Source: Balamuthia mandrillaris (taxonomy: Eukaryota). Taken from it: DNA of 64,000 nt. The stretch covers positions 1-64,000 of the forward strand of contig JAVKOQ020000077.1 of the NCBI GenBank assembly GCA_031835245.2, written 5' to 3'. A program made the position numbers and the translations under genes. Positions 62,591 through 64,000 of the stretch are shown here, piece after piece; positions within the stretch are counted from its first letter, which is position 1; every line of letters begins with the position of its first letter. The notes under the pieces were generated by a model, which worked only from the letters and a program-made list of their open reading frames with translations, did no database searches and was not told where the DNA came from.

Positions 62591-64000
62591 TTACTGTAGG
62601 ATGCACCGAATGGAAGATTCAGCAGCGTTGTTGTTAGACAGGTAAAATTGTTGAGAAGAAGGTCGTCTTCGTCGTCGCTGTCGCGGCTGTTGTGCTTGGC
62701 CTCCATTCGACGCCAACGTCGGAGATGTCGTTGTAGAAGAGGCGAGGCGTTGGCGCGGTGTTGTTGGAGCAGATGCTGGCAAAGCCGAAGTCGAAGAAGC
62801 AGACGATGAAGCTGAAGAAGATGGAGAAGCATAAAGAATGTTGTTGGAAGAAGGAGATGGGGCAGCAACAACAGGTCGTTGTGGAGTGTGCGTTTGGCTG
62901 ATGAGCCTTCTCCTGGTTCTGGTGCTGCTTGCTGCTGTGAAGAAACGAAGCCAAGTCGAGTCTGAGGAAGCAGTGTAAGGCAAAGAGGGGCGGTCAGTCT
63001 TTCTGGAGGCGGACACGAGCGAACGTTGTGGCGTGGATGGTGAAGAGGAGGTCCCTCGTGGCGTTGTTGGGTTGGTTTTGGAGAGAGAAAGGCCTAATGC
63101 TTGGTGGAGGCTGGTATCTCTTCTTATAGAAAGCTGCACCAAATCGAACAACCGAATAACTCCTCTGTATTTTTTTTGTTAGTTGCATTAAATGTAAAAG
63201 AAAGAAACATAAAGAAGTTAAACTAACCTGTTGCTGAGAGCGCTACAAGCAGCAATACCTGGATAGCCTTGCACGCGAGAGGCCCGCAAGAGGTCCAGCT
63301 TGGTATAGGCCAAGATGCGTTGTTTGTTGGGGAAGCTCCTCTCTAGAATGGTCTTCCATCGATTCTCTGCAAAGTGACTGCCATCCAATGGTTGAACCGA
63401 GATTCTAGGCGCATCCTCCAAGGATTGACAAATCACAAACACGTCCACTTTCCTCTTTTCTTGCAGTTCACAAAGCATTTGTTGGATGCGTTCATCTTCT
63501 TCCTCTTTCTCAATCACTGTCGTTTGTTTATCATCGTCATCATCAATTTCTTTCTCTTTCTCTTTTCCTTTTTCTTCTTTTTCTTCGCTTTCTTCACGTT
63601 TGGTTTGTTGCTGGAAACGAGTTGGCGGAGAGGGATACTGAAAGACGCTGAGGCTGAATAAAACGGGCTGACCAAAGTAAGAATTGACGGAGACCATGCA
63701 AGCGCTTAGCTCTTCCCCGCGCTTCCAACCGGTGCCACTCATCATGCTGCTGAATGCTGTGATAAGGCTTTTCTTGCCGGAGCCCGCATCTCCCACTATT
63801 ACACAGGATACGTTCTTCCAACGTAGAGTCCGTTCCAAGTAAAGCTTTGCCCAGTCCCTCGCTTTAACAAAAAATAAAAGAAAGAGGAGTAAGAAAAGAC
63901 AAAAAGCAAAGACAAAATGTTTGACACCAGAAGATAGAAGAGGAAAGAGAAACAAAGAACGTACAATGAGATTCTGATTGGTCCAGAACATCGGGCCACC
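62591..64000 (-). CDS. Partial (5'-truncated) degenerate Rho-like small GTPase, probably preceded by an F-box region; spliced
   Basis: WPDVLDQSESH|SRDWAKLYLER (typical post-F-box segment), CVIVGDAGSGKKSL (G1), VDVFVIC, ILAYTKLDL (G4), ACSAL (G5), and a Ser/Thr-rich tail. Confidence 0.6.

Overview
This is eukaryotic nuclear DNA with GT-AG introns, mostly ~60-300 nt. An amoebozoan protist origin is inferred from the gene content (a Dictyostelium PdeD/PdeE-type phosphodiesterase, a chromodomain Gypsy element) and the compact, intron-rich layout. About 1-11.9 kb is a decayed transposon island. It holds a Sola/DUF7869-like DNA transposase remnant, two copies plus fragments of an APE-RT-CCHC LINE, a nested solo LTR with a 4-bp TSD, and a Gypsy remnant with integrase and chromodomain. 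The LTR copies show strong CpG->TpG/CpA decay. About 12-64 kb is gene-dense: a Net1/Dnt1-N-like protein, MED9, COX5B, a CID-RRM (SCAF4/8/Nrd1-like) protein, UBE2S, PTEN, a stand-alone cysteine RNA triphosphatase, a BACK-like orphan, a metallo-beta-lactamase/cNMP phosphodiesterase, an acidic protein, NAA30, an App1-type phosphatase, cyclin C, ANK-Kelch-BTB-BTB, a STAND NTPase, dynactin p150, an intronless CYTH-like gene, RAD9, a divergent eIF2-alpha, and a partial F-box/Rho-like gene. The top candidate for an undescribed system is the STAND/NLR-like gene at 42055-50671, with the architecture ankyrin-DUF4062-NACHT-WD40 spliced in frame to a C-terminal EMAP-II/Trbp111 tRNA-binding domain. All assignments come from motif recognition by eye. 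No searches were run, and exon boundaries are manual predictions.
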